Positions 18,217-28,938 of a stretch of 64,000 nt of DNA are shown here, piece after piece. Position 1 is the stretch's first letter; each line of letters opens with the position of its first letter. The stretch is from Syntrophales bacterium (lineage in GTDB: Bacteria; Desulfobacterota; Syntrophia; Syntrophales; PHBD01). The notes under the pieces were generated by a model. That model ran no database searches. It was not told where the DNA came from and was given only the letters and a program-made list of their open reading frames with translations. Position numbers and translations under genes: made by a program. The DNA lies in the NCBI GenBank assembly GCA_963668175.1, contig OY764159.1:1376001-1440000 (forward strand), written 5' to 3'.

Positions 18217-19347
18217 ATGGTTTCAAGCCGCTTCCATCCCGCACGTCTTTTCCGGCGGCGGTGGTTAAAGATTGCCCTTCCCGTCGCCGCCGTCCTCGCG
18301 GCCGTCACCGTCTGCGCCGTATTCAGGGCCGAGGGCTATATCAAGGAAAAGCTGGAGGCCAGCCTGGGCAAGGGCGTATCCATCGGTTCCGCCTCCCTGG
18401 GATTCCGGTCCATCGCATTCCGGGACGTCCGCATGAAGGACGCCGCCGGGCGGGATGCCCTCCATATCCGCGAGGTTTCCTGCGGTTTTCGGGTTTTCGA
18501 CCTCCTGACGGGGCGACGGGCGATACGCCTGATCGCGTTCCGGGAGCCGGATATCCACCTCGCGATCGACGCACATGGGAAGCTGACCGGCCCGGCCCTG
18601 GGCGTGCCGCCTGCCCGCGGGGGCAAGGAAGAAGATCAGAAGCCCTGGGTCGTGGGGCGGGTCGCGGTCAGCGGCGGGAGCCTCGATTTTTCCGATCACA
18701 GGGACCCGCACCGGCCGGTGCGCATCGAGGTCCGGGATATCCGGTTGAGCCTCGACAATCTCGCCCTGCCCGCGGACGGCCGGTTTTCGGCATACGAACT
18801 TTCGGCAACGATTCCCGGCCGTACGGGAAAAGGCACGCTTCAGAGCCGCGGCCGGATTCAATTCGGCCCCTACAACGCCGACGGTTCCCTGAAGCTCGTC
18901 AACCTCGACATCACGCCCTTTGAACCTTATTTTCAGAAGGATTACAGTATCTCTCTCCACAGGGGCTTTCTGGACCTGGACCTCTCGGCACGCATCGCCG
19001 GCGGGCACATCAAGGGCGATGGCAGGGCCGTCCTGAAAGACCTGAGCGTAAGCGACAAGGCCGGCAGCGGAGGGCAATTCGCAGGAATCCCCGTTTCGCT
19101 GATGGTGGCCTTTCTGGAACGGAATAACCATCAAATCCCCCTGCGCTTCGCCGTGGAAGGCGATCTTAAGAATCCCGCCTTCAGCCTCCGGGAGAACCTT
19201 GTCCAGGGGATCGTCTCCGGGACGGCCGAAGCCGTCGGGCATGTCCTGCATCTGCCGGGCCGGGCCGTCTCCGGCGGGAGCGTTTCGACCCTCAAATCGA
19301 CGCTCGGCCGCCTGGGGGAACGCCTCAAAAAGGGCATAAGCCCATGA
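18217..19347 (+). CDS. DUF748/AsmA-like envelope protein
   Basis: N-terminal TM, beta-rich body, LDITPFEPY, and VEGDLKNPAFS. Confidence 0.7.
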   Translation: MVSSRFHPARLFRRRWLKIALPVAAVLAAVTVCAVFRAEGYIKEKLEASLGKGVSIGSASLGFRSIAFRDVRMKDAAGRDALHIREVSCGFRVFDLLTGRRAIRLIAFREPDIHLAIDAHGKLTGPALGVPPARGGKEEDQKPWVVGRVAVSGGSLDFSDHRDPHRPVRIEVRDIRLSLDNLALPADGRFSAYELSATIPGRTGKGTLQSRGRIQFGPYNADGSLKLVNLDITPFEPYFQKDYSISLHRGFLDLDLSARIAGGHIKGDGRAVLKDLSVSDKAGSGGQFAGIPVSLMVAFLERNNHQIPLRFAVEGDLKNPAFSLRENLVQGIVSGTAEAVGHVLHLPGRAVSGGSVSTLKSTLGRLGERLKKGISP

Positions 19348-19501
19348 TCCGGCACCGCACGGCCGGTAAATACCTGCGGCGAATGAGGATATCGGCGATC
19401 CGCCGTTCGGTCCGTCCCGACGAAAGAGGTTGACAAATTCGCGGGATAGATGGATAAGAGGCCCTTAATTTTTGCCTTATTCCTGATTTTGCGAGGTTAT
19501 T

Positions 19502-21190
19502 TTGCCTGTGGACCGTGCCGGCTGCAAGAAATGGATCCTCTGGATCGTCCCTTTTCTCCTTTATGTGGGGCTGATTTATCATATGCCGCTCATGGAGCCG
19601 GACGAGGGGCGGTACAGCCTTATCCCGAGCACCATGAACCGGACGGGCGACTACGTCACCCCGCACCTGAAAGAGGTCGTCTATATCGAAAAGCCTCCGC
19701 TCGCCTATTGGGCGACTGCCGTAGCCTTCAAGCTGTTCGGGGAAAACGCCTTCTCTTCGCGTCTCTTTTCAGCCCTTTGCGCCTGGGGGTGCATCCTCCT
19801 GTGCTGGCGCATCGGCCGCTATTTCCATGACGAAAAGACGGGCCTATACGCCGCCGCCGTCCTCACGATGTGCCTCTTTCACCTGGCGATCGGCCGGATC
19901 AATATCCTCGATATGCCCCTGGCCCTGTTCGTCTGCCTCGCCGTCTGGTCAGGATTCCGCTATTTTTCCGATGAGGAACGGGACAGGAAGCACATATGGC
20001 TCTTTTATCTCTTCTGCGGTCTCGCGTTTCTCACGAAAGGCCTGATCGGGATCGTCTTCCCCGGGGCCATTCTCGTCATCTGGCTCCTCGTCTCGCGGCG
20101 CTGGCGGGACCCTTTTCGCCTCGTGTCCCCCGCAGGCATTGCGATTTTCCTTGCTGTGACCCTGCCGTGGCTCGTTCTCATCCAGAAGGCGAATCCGGAT
20201 TTCTTCTGGTTCTTCTTCATCCAGGAACACTTCCTCCGGTACACGACGACGATGCATCACCGGAACGAGACGGTCTTCTATTTCATCCCCGTGCTCTTGG
20301 CCGGTGTGATCCCCTGGCTCGGCTATTTTGCCCAGGCGGGGAGGGGCATCCGCGGACAGTGGAGGGTGTTGTTTGACAGTAAGGAAAAGAAGTTCCTTTT
20401 CACCTGGATCGCCTTCATTTTCCTCTTCTTTTCGGTATCCTCCTCGAAACTGATTCCGTATATCGCACCCCTCTTTGTCCCGCTGTCCGTCCTGATCGGT
20501 CACGTCTTCCGGATCTACGAGGAGCGTGTCGCCGCCGCAAAGGGGCCGACCGGCTGGAGGCCTGCGGATTATCTCCCCATCTTCGTTCAGACGGGGCTTT
20601 TCTATGTCGCTCTCGTTGCCCCCGTCTATATCGCCAAGCAGCGGGTCAGTCTGGAGGCCTGGTGGCCGTGGATCGTTGGCCCCGCGTTGGTGCTCGTTTT
20701 CTTCCTGTTCCTGCCGGAGATGATGAGGAGAAAATACCGCCGCGGCTGGTTCCTTGCGATCTATGCCGTGGCCGGGGTTTTCTTCGCGACGCTGACCTTT
20801 CCCGTCGCCCATTACGCGGCACCTTTCAAATCGGCCGCTCCCGTCGTCGCCGCCATGAAAATCCACATCCCGCCGGGAGAGGTCCCGTATCAGTTCAATA
20901 CGGATATTTACGGGATCGATTTTTACACGGGGATACGCACGCCCATCGTCGACGATATCGGCGAACTGGAGTTCGGCGTGGCGCGTATTCCGGCCGAGGA
21001 GAAGAAACGCTACTTCCTCATGTCGCCGGAATTTTTCCGTCTTTACCGGGAAGGACGGCCGATGTATGTCATCACCGAAGGGAAGGGGAATCTCCTGCGC
21101 CTGAAGCAGGAAGCCCCGGACATGAAAATCCTGTGGAACAACGGGAATTATCAGATCCTTCTTCTGCAGAAAGGCCAAAACGGAGGTTAG
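19502..21190 (+). CDS. arnT: Lipid A 4-amino-4-deoxy-L-arabinose transferase (ArnT/GT83)
   Basis: EPDEGRY, EKPPLAYW, LTKG, SSSKLIPYI. Multi-TM protein heading the arn cluster. Confidence 0.88.
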   Translation: MPVDRAGCKKWILWIVPFLLYVGLIYHMPLMEPDEGRYSLIPSTMNRTGDYVTPHLKEVVYIEKPPLAYWATAVAFKLFGENAFSSRLFSALCAWGCILLCWRIGRYFHDEKTGLYAAAVLTMCLFHLAIGRINILDMPLALFVCLAVWSGFRYFSDEERDRKHIWLFYLFCGLAFLTKGLIGIVFPGAILVIWLLVSRRWRDPFRLVSPAGIAIFLAVTLPWLVLIQKANPDFFWFFFIQEHFLRYTTTMHHRNETVFYFIPVLLAGVIPWLGYFAQAGRGIRGQWRVLFDSKEKKFLFTWIAFIFLFFSVSSSKLIPYIAPLFVPLSVLIGHVFRIYEERVAAAKGPTGWRPADYLPIFVQTGLFYVALVAPVYIAKQRVSLEAWWPWIVGPALVLVFFLFLPEMMRRKYRRGWFLAIYAVAGVFFATLTFPVAHYAAPFKSAAPVVAAMKIHIPPGEVPYQFNTDIYGIDFYTGIRTPIVDDIGELEFGVARIPAEEKKRYFLMSPEFFRLYREGRPMYVITEGKGNLLRLKQEAPDMKILWNNGNYQILLLQKGQNGG

Positions 21191-21197
21191 GTGAACC

Positions 21198-22343
21198 ATG
21201 AAGATCAGAGAAGATTTCCTGCCGTTAAATAAACCCTCCATCGGGTCCGCCGAGATCGAGCGGGTCGTCGACTGCCTGAAATCGGGCTGGATTACCACGG
21301 GGCCCCACTGCCTCACCTTTGAGGAACGGTTCCGAAAGCTCACCGGGGCCGCTCACGCCATAACGCTCTCGTCGGCTACGGCGGGAATGCACCTTGCGCT
21401 CGCCGCCCTCGGGATCGGTCCGGGCGACGAAGTGATCACCCCGTCCATGACGTTCGCCTCGACGGTGAACATGATCGTCCTTCTCGGGGCCACGCCCGTC
21501 TTCGTCGACTGCGATTACGATACCTTGCTGATCGACGCCGGCCGGATCGAGGAGAAGATCACCGACAGGACGAAGGCCGTCATTCCGGTCCACTTCGCCG
21601 GGGCGCCCGCCGACATGGACCCGATCGTCGCCCTGGCGGGACGGCGCGGACTCGCTCTGATCGAAGACGCAGCCCATGCCGTCGGTACGTACTACAAGGG
21701 TGTCCATGCCGGCGGATTCGGCGGGATGGCGATATTCTCCTTCCACCCCATCAAAAATATCACGACGGGTGAGGGCGGCCTCGTGACATTGAACGGCGAC
21801 GATCTGAACCAGAAGATCAGGCTGCTTAGGTTCCACGGCATCGAGCGGGACGCCTGGAAGCGCTACGGAAAGGGAGGAAATCCCGAGTACGACATCCAGG
21901 AGGCGGGATACAAATACAATCTGACGGACATCCAGGCGACGCTGGGCATCGGGCAGCTCGATCGTCTGGACGAGTTCAACCGGCGCCGTGCCGAACTGAT
22001 CGGTCTTTACATGGAAGGATTGCAAGGTATCGACGGCATCGACCTGCCCGGCGTTCCTTCATATCCCCATGTCCACCCCTACAATCTGATGATCGTCAAG
22101 ACCCTGGCCATGCCGAGGGAAATCCTGATGGAGAAACTCTCCGAGTACAATATCGGCTACGGCTTCCACTTCCCGGCCTGTCACCTTCTGAGCCATATCA
22201 GGCGGCTTTTCGGCACGAAAGACGGCATGCTCCCCGAGACGGAGCGGGCGGCCGGGCGGATCCTGTCGCTTCCCCTCTTTCCCGATATGAAAGATAGCGA
22301 CGTATATTATGTTTGCGATGCTCTTCGGGATATATTAAGATGA
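21198..22343 (+). CDS. arnB: UDP-4-amino-4-deoxy-L-arabinose aminotransferase (DegT family)
   Basis: SGWITTGP, IEDAAHA, FSFHPIKNITTGEGG, GYKYNLTD. Confidence 0.9.
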   Translation: MKIREDFLPLNKPSIGSAEIERVVDCLKSGWITTGPHCLTFEERFRKLTGAAHAITLSSATAGMHLALAALGIGPGDEVITPSMTFASTVNMIVLLGATPVFVDCDYDTLLIDAGRIEEKITDRTKAVIPVHFAGAPADMDPIVALAGRRGLALIEDAAHAVGTYYKGVHAGGFGGMAIFSFHPIKNITTGEGGLVTLNGDDLNQKIRLLRFHGIERDAWKRYGKGGNPEYDIQEAGYKYNLTDIQATLGIGQLDRLDEFNRRRAELIGLYMEGLQGIDGIDLPGVPSYPHVHPYNLMIVKTLAMPREILMEKLSEYNIGYGFHFPACHLLSHIRRLFGTKDGMLPETERAAGRILSLPLFPDMKDSDVYYVCDALRDILR

Positions 22344-22365
22344 CGCGAAATTTTGGGAGCAAGCC

Positions 22366-23334
22366 ATGGAATCGATGATTTCCGTCGTCATACCGGTTTA
22401 TAACGAGGAGAAAAACCTCGACGCCCTCATAGGGCGCCTGCGGCCCGTCATGGCGGGAATGAAGCGGCCCTATGAAATCATCCTGATCGACGACGGCAGC
22501 CGCGACCGTTCCCTGGAAATGCTCAAGGCGTTTGCCGGGAAACCCGACGTCCGCGTCGTCGAGCTGACCCGGAATTACGGGCAGCACGCGGCGATCCTGG
22601 CCGGTTTTTCCGTCGTCCGGGGGCAGATCGTCGTCACCATGGATGCGGACCTCCAGAACCCGCCGGAGGAGATTCCGCGCCTCGTTTCCGTCATGGAAGA
22701 GGGTGCCTACGACGTCGTCGGGACGATCCGCAAGGGACGTCAGGATTCTCTGTTCCGCATCCTGCCCTCTAAAATCGTCAATATGGTGGCGAGAAAGATC
22801 ACGGGAGTCGGGATGCGCGACTGGGGCTGCATGCTCCGGGCCTACCGCCTGCCGGTGGTCGAGCGGATGATCAACTGCCACGAGCATTCGACTTTCATTC
22901 CCGCCCTGGCGACGTTTTTCGGCAAGAGGGTGACGGAGATAGAGGTTGCCCACGAGGAGCGCTTCGGAGGGAAATCGAACTACCCGCTGCGAAAGCTGAT
23001 CAACCTCCAGTTCGACCTGGTGGCCTCCTTTTCGGAGTTGCCCATGAAGCTCCTCATGTACGGCGGCATCGCCATGGCCCTGGCCGGCGTCTGCTTCGGC
23101 ACCTTCCTGGCCGTGGCCCGTCTGGTCTACGGCGCCCTCTGGGCGGCGCAGGGTGTCTTCACGCTCTTTGCCATCCTCTTTCTCTTCGTGGGGATGCAGT
23201 TTTTCGCCCTGGGCGTCATCGGGGAGTACATCGGCCGGATCTACCGCGAAGTTCGGAAACGGCCCGAATACGTCATCGAGCGCGTTTATGAGTGTATCCA
23301 GGGGGATGCCGCCCCTCCCGGTGACAGTAAATGA
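22366..23334 (+). CDS. arnC: Undecaprenyl-phosphate L-Ara4FN transferase (GT2)
   Basis: VIPVYNE, DDGSRD, RNYGQHAA, DADLQNPPEEIP, and two C-terminal TM helices. Confidence 0.9.
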   Translation: MESMISVVIPVYNEEKNLDALIGRLRPVMAGMKRPYEIILIDDGSRDRSLEMLKAFAGKPDVRVVELTRNYGQHAAILAGFSVVRGQIVVTMDADLQNPPEEIPRLVSVMEEGAYDVVGTIRKGRQDSLFRILPSKIVNMVARKITGVGMRDWGCMLRAYRLPVVERMINCHEHSTFIPALATFFGKRVTEIEVAHEERFGGKSNYPLRKLINLQFDLVASFSELPMKLLMYGGIAMALAGVCFGTFLAVARLVYGALWAAQGVFTLFAILFLFVGMQFFALGVIGEYIGRIYREVRKRPEYVIERVYECIQGDAAPPGDSK

Positions 23335-24254
23335 AAGCCGTCGTCTTCGCCTATCACGATATGGGCATTACGGGCCTCGAAGCGTTGCTTCGGGCCCGCT
23401 TCGATATCGCCGCCGTCTTTTCCCACGAGGATGCCCCCGGGGAAAATTGCTGGTTCGGCTCCGTTGCGGCCTGGGCCGAAGAGATGGATATCCCGGTCTT
23501 CTGCCCGGAGGACGTGAATACGGTCGAGTGGAAAGACAAGATCGCGGCCCTGAAGCCCGACGTCATCTTCTCGTTCTATTACCGCCGGATGATCGGACAG
23601 GACATCCTCGACATCGCGCCGGCGGGGGCGTACAACCTCCACGGTTCGCTCCTTCCCGCCTACCGGGGACGGGCGCCCGTCAACTGGGTCCTGGTCCGCG
23701 GAGAGAAAACAACCGGCGTGACGCTCCATCATATGGTCAAAAAGGCGGATGCGGGGGATATCGTGGGCCAACGGGTTGTGGACATCGCCTTCGAGGACAC
23801 GGCTGTTACACTATACGAAAAGATGTGTGAGGCCTCGCGGCGGCTGCTCGCGGAGCTTCTGCCCCTGATCGAATCGGGCCGGGCACCGCGGATGCCCCAG
23901 GACCATGCCGCCGCCACCTATTTCGGCCGGCGCCGGCCGGAAGACGGACGGATCGACTGGCACTGGCCAGCACTTCAAGTCTATAACCTCGTCCGGGCGG
24001 TGACCGATCCTTACCCCGGGGCCTTCACCGAGTTTCCCGGAGGCGAGCGGCTCTTCGTCTGGCGGGCGCTGCCGGAGGATGATGCCGGGCCGGGCAAACC
24101 GCCGGGGACCGTAACCGTGGAAGGGGACCGGGTTCTCATCGCCGCAGGCAAGGGATGTCTCCATCTTATGGAGGCGGGGCTTGAGTCCGGCCGGATGGAG
24201 GGCGACGGGCTTCTCGCGTATTTCAGGAATAAAGAAGGGATCATATTGATATGA
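23331..24254 (+). CDS. arnA: UDP-L-Ara4N formyltransferase (stand-alone N-terminal domain of ArnA)
   Basis: MKAVVFAYH, FSFYYR, NLHGSLLPAYRGRAPVNW, PYPGAF. Confidence 0.88.
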   Translation: MKAVVFAYHDMGITGLEALLRARFDIAAVFSHEDAPGENCWFGSVAAWAEEMDIPVFCPEDVNTVEWKDKIAALKPDVIFSFYYRRMIGQDILDIAPAGAYNLHGSLLPAYRGRAPVNWVLVRGEKTTGVTLHHMVKKADAGDIVGQRVVDIAFEDTAVTLYEKMCEASRRLLAELLPLIESGRAPRMPQDHAAATYFGRRRPEDGRIDWHWPALQVYNLVRAVTDPYPGAFTEFPGGERLFVWRALPEDDAGPGKPPGTVTVEGDRVLIAAGKGCLHLMEAGLESGRMEGDGLLAYFRNKEGIILI

Positions 24255-25288
24255 AGAAAATTCTCATTCTCGGTGTCAATGGTTTTATCGGCCATCACCT
24301 GACCAACAGCATTCTGGAAAAAACGGACTGGACGATTTACGGGATGGACCTGGCCGACGACCGTCTCGGGAAGGCGCTCAACAATCCCCGTTTCCACTTC
24401 CTGGAGGGGGATATCGCCATCAACAGGGAATGGATCGAATACCATGTCAAGAAATGCGACGTCGTCATGCCGCTCGTGGCTATCGCGACTCCGAAATTAT
24501 ACGTAGAAGATCCCATCGGCGTCTTCGAACTCGATTTCGAGATGAATCTCAACATCGTCAAACAGTGCGTCAAATACAAGAAAAGGGTTGTCTTTCCGTC
24601 CACCTCGGAGGTCTACGGGGCCTGTACCGATCCGGAGTTTACGGAGGACGAGAGCTACCTCACGGTGGGCCCGATCCAGAAGGAACGCTGGATCTATTCA
24701 TGCTGCAAACAGCTCCTCGACCGCGTGATCTACGGTTACGGGACGAGGGGACAGCTCGAATTCACTCTGTTTCGGCCCTTCAACTGGATCGGACCGCGGC
24801 TCGATTCCCTCTATGCGGCCAAGGAAGGAAGCTCCCGGGTCGTTACGCAGTTCATCGCGGAGCTGATGATGAAGAAGCCGATCACCCTCGTCGACGGCGG
24901 CCATCAGAAGCGCTGCTTCACTTACGTGGACGACGGCATCGCGGCTCTCGTCTCCATCCTGGAAAACAGGGACGACGTCTGCAGGAGCCAGATCATCAAT
25001 ATCGGCAATCCCCAAAACGAATGTTCCGTGAAGGAGCTTGCCCATCTCCTGAAGCAATTGTTCCAGGAGCATCCGGGCCATGTGAAAGACGGGGAGTATT
25101 CGGAGATCATCGAGATCCCGGCCGAGACCTTTTACGGCAAGGGATATCAGGATATCTACACGCGGAAGCCTAGCATCGAGAAGGCGCGGAAGCTCCTCGG
25201 CTGGGAGCCCAGAATCGGCCTTGTCGATTCCATGCGTATGACGCTCCATTCCTTTCTGGCGGAAAACGAGGATTCGTCCGGCCGCTGA
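24251..25288 (+). CDS. arnA: UDP-glucuronate dehydrogenase/decarboxylase (stand-alone C-terminal domain of ArnA)
   Basis: LGVNGFIGHHL, WIEYHVKKCD, PSTSEVYG, RPFNWIGPRLD. Confidence 0.9.
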   Translation: MKKILILGVNGFIGHHLTNSILEKTDWTIYGMDLADDRLGKALNNPRFHFLEGDIAINREWIEYHVKKCDVVMPLVAIATPKLYVEDPIGVFELDFEMNLNIVKQCVKYKKRVVFPSTSEVYGACTDPEFTEDESYLTVGPIQKERWIYSCCKQLLDRVIYGYGTRGQLEFTLFRPFNWIGPRLDSLYAAKEGSSRVVTQFIAELMMKKPITLVDGGHQKRCFTYVDDGIAALVSILENRDDVCRSQIINIGNPQNECSVKELAHLLKQLFQEHPGHVKDGEYSEIIEIPAETFYGKGYQDIYTRKPSIEKARKLLGWEPRIGLVDSMRMTLHSFLAENEDSSGR

Positions 25289-26148
25289 TGGAAAAGACAC
25301 TGGGTTTGAAAATCGACGTGGATACCTATGTCGGGATGAAGCAGGGAGTTCCCCGTCTGCTGGACATCCTGGGGGAGGCGGGCGTCAAAGGCACGTTCTT
25401 CCTCAGCATGGGGCCCGACGCTTCCGGCCGGGCCGTCTTCCAGATGCTGAAAAACCCGCGTTTTCTGAAGAAAATGATCCGCTCCAACGCACCGGGCCTT
25501 TACGGTTTCAAAACGGCCCTGTACGGGACGCTGCTTCCTTCGCCCATGATCGCCCTCTCTTTCCCGTCGCTCGTCTCCCGGATTATATCAACAGGGCACG
25601 AGGTCCAGTTCCATGCCTGGGACCACCGGCGCTGGCAGGACGATCTGCCCCGGCATTCGGAGGCCTGGGTCCGCGAGTGGTTCAAGAAAGGGTTTGCTGC
25701 CTTTGAAAAACTGACGGGCCGGCGGCCGGAAGCCTTCGGTGCCCCGGCCTGGCTCATCGACGACCGGGTCCTCGACGTCGTCCGTACTTATCCCCTTCGG
25801 TATTTGAGCTGCACACGGGCGAAAGAACCGTTTATCCATGAACGGGCGAATCTGCCCGAAATACCTTCCGATCTGCCGTGTTTCGAGGAGATCGGCGTGG
25901 AAGCGGGGTTCACGGCCATTCTTTCCCGCCTTACCGATGGCGGCCTCCACGTTCTTCCCGTCCATGCGGAGGTCGAGGGCGGCATCTGGGCGGATAAGTT
26001 CATCGAGCTCCTTGCCGCCGTCAAAAAAATGGGATATACGATGAAGACGTTGAGCGAGATCAAGGAAGAACTGCCTGTAGGTGAACTGACAATCCGGCCG
26101 TTCCGCCTGGAGCTGCTTCCCGGGCGGGCCGTTCCCTGCGCCGTCTGA
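25288..26148 (+). CDS. arnD: Undecaprenyl-phospho-L-Ara4FN deformylase
   Basis: LKIDVDT, LYGTLLP, HAWDHRRWQD, HAEVEG. Confidence 0.87.
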   Translation: MEKTLGLKIDVDTYVGMKQGVPRLLDILGEAGVKGTFFLSMGPDASGRAVFQMLKNPRFLKKMIRSNAPGLYGFKTALYGTLLPSPMIALSFPSLVSRIISTGHEVQFHAWDHRRWQDDLPRHSEAWVREWFKKGFAAFEKLTGRRPEAFGAPAWLIDDRVLDVVRTYPLRYLSCTRAKEPFIHERANLPEIPSDLPCFEEIGVEAGFTAILSRLTDGGLHVLPVHAEVEGGIWADKFIELLAAVKKMGYTMKTLSEIKEELPVGELTIRPFRLELLPGRAVPCAV

Positions 26149-26253
26149 CGGCCGCTTCGACCCCGGACACCAGGGCGGCTTTTTCAATCCGGGTGCTAAG
26201 CAACGGCGATGCGGCGCCGGTACGTCTTCGCTTGAAGTCTGCGGATTAAGACC

Positions 26254-28050
26254 ATGTCCCAAGCGACGAAAGATCCTCATAAAAAGAAACACGTCAAGGT
26301 ACGGGAAAAAAAACCGGACCTGCGCTATGCCCTTCAGGGCATCGTCGATTCCCTCATCGGCAAGGGGCTGATCGACAGGGAGGCCTTCGATGAGGCGTGG
26401 ACGGAAGCCGAGAGGGCCAGGGAGCCCCTGGAGGAGTTCCTCATCGGCCGCTTCAATATCACGAAGAATGATATCGGCGCCTTCCTGTCGGCCTTCTATA
26501 AGTGCCGCTTCGTCGACTTCGACGAAACGGTGCCCATCCCCAAGGATTTGCTTAAGAATTTGAAGTACGAATATCTCTGCCGGGAATTATGGGTCCCCAT
26601 GGGCAGGGAAAACGGAGTCATCATGGTCGTGGTGGACAATCCCGGCAATATCATCAAGCGGGACACGATAGAAAGCCTCTTAAAGACCAAATCCGTCGAA
26701 TATTGTGTGGCCCTGGCGAGCGACGTGAAGAAGATCATCAACCACTTCTTCCAGATCGACGAGTCCCTGCTACCCCAGGCGCCGCCGGAACCCGAAGCCG
26801 ACAGCGAACAGGAAGCCCCCCCCGCCGTCGATCCTTCCGTGTCGGAGTCGGACAGCGTCATCGTCGGTCTCGTGAACCGCATGATCAACGAGGCCTTCGA
26901 CCGCCGGGCCTCCGATATCCACATCGAACCGGATACGATCGACCAGCATGTGGCCGTGCGTTTCCGCATCGACGGGGAATGCATCCCCTACAAGATTTAT
27001 CCCTACGACTTCAAGGCGGCGATCGTTTCGCGCATCAAAATCATGTCCAACCTGGACATCACGGAGCGCAGGCTGCCCCAGGACGGCAAGATCAGGTTCA
27101 GGAGGCCCAACACGGAGGAGATCGAGCTCAGGGTGGCCACTGTGCCCACCCATGGGTACGTCGAGGATGTCGTCCTTCGTATCCTCACCCGGGGGAAGAT
27201 CATGACCCTGGAGGAACTGAACATGTACCCCGGGACCTACGAGGCCGTCCTCAAAGTCCTGAAAAACCCGTACGGGCTCTTCCTGATCGTCGGTCCGACG
27301 GGTTCGGGAAAGACGACGACGGCCCATGCGGCCCTCCATGTACTGAACAAGCCGAATACCAAGATATGGACGGCGGAGGACCCCGTCGAAATTACCCAGC
27401 AGGGTATCCGCCAGGTGCAGGTCCATCACAAGATCGGCTTCGATTTCAGCCACGCCATGCGGGCCTTCCTCCGGTCCGATCCCGATATCATCCTGGTAGG
27501 GGAGATGCGCGACTACGAGACGGCCAAGATGGGGGTCGAGGCGTCCACGACGGGCCATCTCGTTCTCTCCACCCTCCATACGAACAATGCGCCGGAGACG
27601 ATCGTGAGACTGCTCGATATGGGCATCGACCCCTTCGCCTTCGCCGACTCGCTCCTGTGCGTCCTGGCCCAGCGCCTCACCCGGAAGCTCTGTCCCAACT
27701 GCAAGGAGCCGTACCATCCTTCCCGCGCGGAATTCGACGAGATCGTCCGGAGCTACGGCGAGAAGCTTTTCGCCGAAACGAAGATCGTCTACGGCAACGA
27801 TCTCACCCTTTACCGGGCCCGGGGATGCCACGACTGCACTCAGACAGGGTTCCGGGGCATGATGGGCATTTTCGAGCTCCTCGTCGTCACGGAAAACATC
27901 AAGCAGATGATCATCAACAAGAAATCGATCCCCGCCATCAGGAGAACGGCAACCGTCGAAGGGATGAGGACGCTGCTGCAGGACGGCATTTCCAAGGTCC
28001 TGGCGGGCGAGACGGAACTGGTCGAGGTATTGAGCGTCTGCATGCGGTGA
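26254..28050 (+). CDS. GspE/PilB-family secretion/pilus assembly ATPase
   Basis: ASDIHIEP, ERRLPQDG, GPTGSGKTT, EDPVE, DPDIILVGEMRD, STLHTN, and CPNC...CHDC Zn motif. Confidence 0.93.
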   Translation: MSQATKDPHKKKHVKVREKKPDLRYALQGIVDSLIGKGLIDREAFDEAWTEAERAREPLEEFLIGRFNITKNDIGAFLSAFYKCRFVDFDETVPIPKDLLKNLKYEYLCRELWVPMGRENGVIMVVVDNPGNIIKRDTIESLLKTKSVEYCVALASDVKKIINHFFQIDESLLPQAPPEPEADSEQEAPPAVDPSVSESDSVIVGLVNRMINEAFDRRASDIHIEPDTIDQHVAVRFRIDGECIPYKIYPYDFKAAIVSRIKIMSNLDITERRLPQDGKIRFRRPNTEEIELRVATVPTHGYVEDVVLRILTRGKIMTLEELNMYPGTYEAVLKVLKNPYGLFLIVGPTGSGKTTTAHAALHVLNKPNTKIWTAEDPVEITQQGIRQVQVHHKIGFDFSHAMRAFLRSDPDIILVGEMRDYETAKMGVEASTTGHLVLSTLHTNNAPETIVRLLDMGIDPFAFADSLLCVLAQRLTRKLCPNCKEPYHPSRAEFDEIVRSYGEKLFAETKIVYGNDLTLYRARGCHDCTQTGFRGMMGIFELLVVTENIKQMIINKKSIPAIRRTATVEGMRTLLQDGISKVLAGETELVEVLSVCMR

Positions 28051-28090
28051 CGGCGAACGGCCGCCTTGACCGCCGTCGGGGCTTCTGCCC

Positions 28091-28612
28091 TCACCGCGCG
28101 GCCCGGCCGCTCCTGTAGGCGCGGACACGCGCAAGAAACGCTTTCCGTATATCCCGGTTGTGAAGCCGCTTGTCCTCTTCCGTGGGCAGGTCCGGGAAGG
28201 CCCGCATCAGTGTTGCGGCGAAGAAGCCTGCGCTTGCCCCGACGACAATTCCCTCCAGGTCGTAAACCTTGACGCCCGCCATGCCTGAACTGGGAGACCT
28301 GCTCTTGAAGATGAAGCCGCAGAGGTTTTCTTCCTTCATGGCGGCGAGGCGTCCCGCCGCCCATGCAAGCATCCCTTCCGTATGGTCGGCGCCGGTGGCG
28401 ATGACGACGAGACGGGGGGCCGCCGCGTCGCCGGTGAGGTGCATGGCTTCCCGCGGCACAGGAAGCCCGCATTCCACTTCCGGGCAGACAGGGACCCATT
28501 CGCAGCAAGGGTTCAGGGCCTCAATCAACTCCCGGTCGTATCTGTGGCCGCCGTCGTACCGGACGTTTCGTCCCAGAAGACAGGCGCTGATGCCTATTTT
28601 GTAACGCTCCAC
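28091..28612 (-). CDS. DUF523 family protein (2-thiouracil desulfurase-like)
   Basis: GISACLLGRNVRYDGGH, VCPEVECGLPVPRE, KSRSPSSG. GTG 28612 follows GGAGG. Confidence 0.88.
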   Translation of the reverse strand: MERYKIGISACLLGRNVRYDGGHRYDRELIEALNPCCEWVPVCPEVECGLPVPREAMHLTGDAAAPRLVVIATGADHTEGMLAWAAGRLAAMKEENLCGFIFKSRSPSSGMAGVKVYDLEGIVVGASAGFFAATLMRAFPDLPTEEDKRLHNRDIRKAFLARVRAYRSGRAAR

Positions 28613-28938
28613 AAACGGCCTCCTGCGGTTGAAATAACGGTAAATCGATGATCCGATCATCGGCGAGCCGTGAGCGCGTGTCAATAAATATTTGCCGCAC
28701 CCGCCGCCTTCACGCCGGGCTGTTCCAATTCCTGAACCGAACAACAGGTAACGCCGTCCGGAAGATGGCGTCCGTGAGGGGCTTGAGAAAAAGTGTCCGA
28801 ACGGCGGGAATGTCCCTCCGGAAAAGGCGCCTGGGTCAGAAGAGGCCGCCCATATCTGATTGACCATCCCGGAGGAAGTGTGATAAAAGCATAAGCGTTT
28901 GATTGATTTGAAATAAATCGAATTGATGGGGAGGAGCG

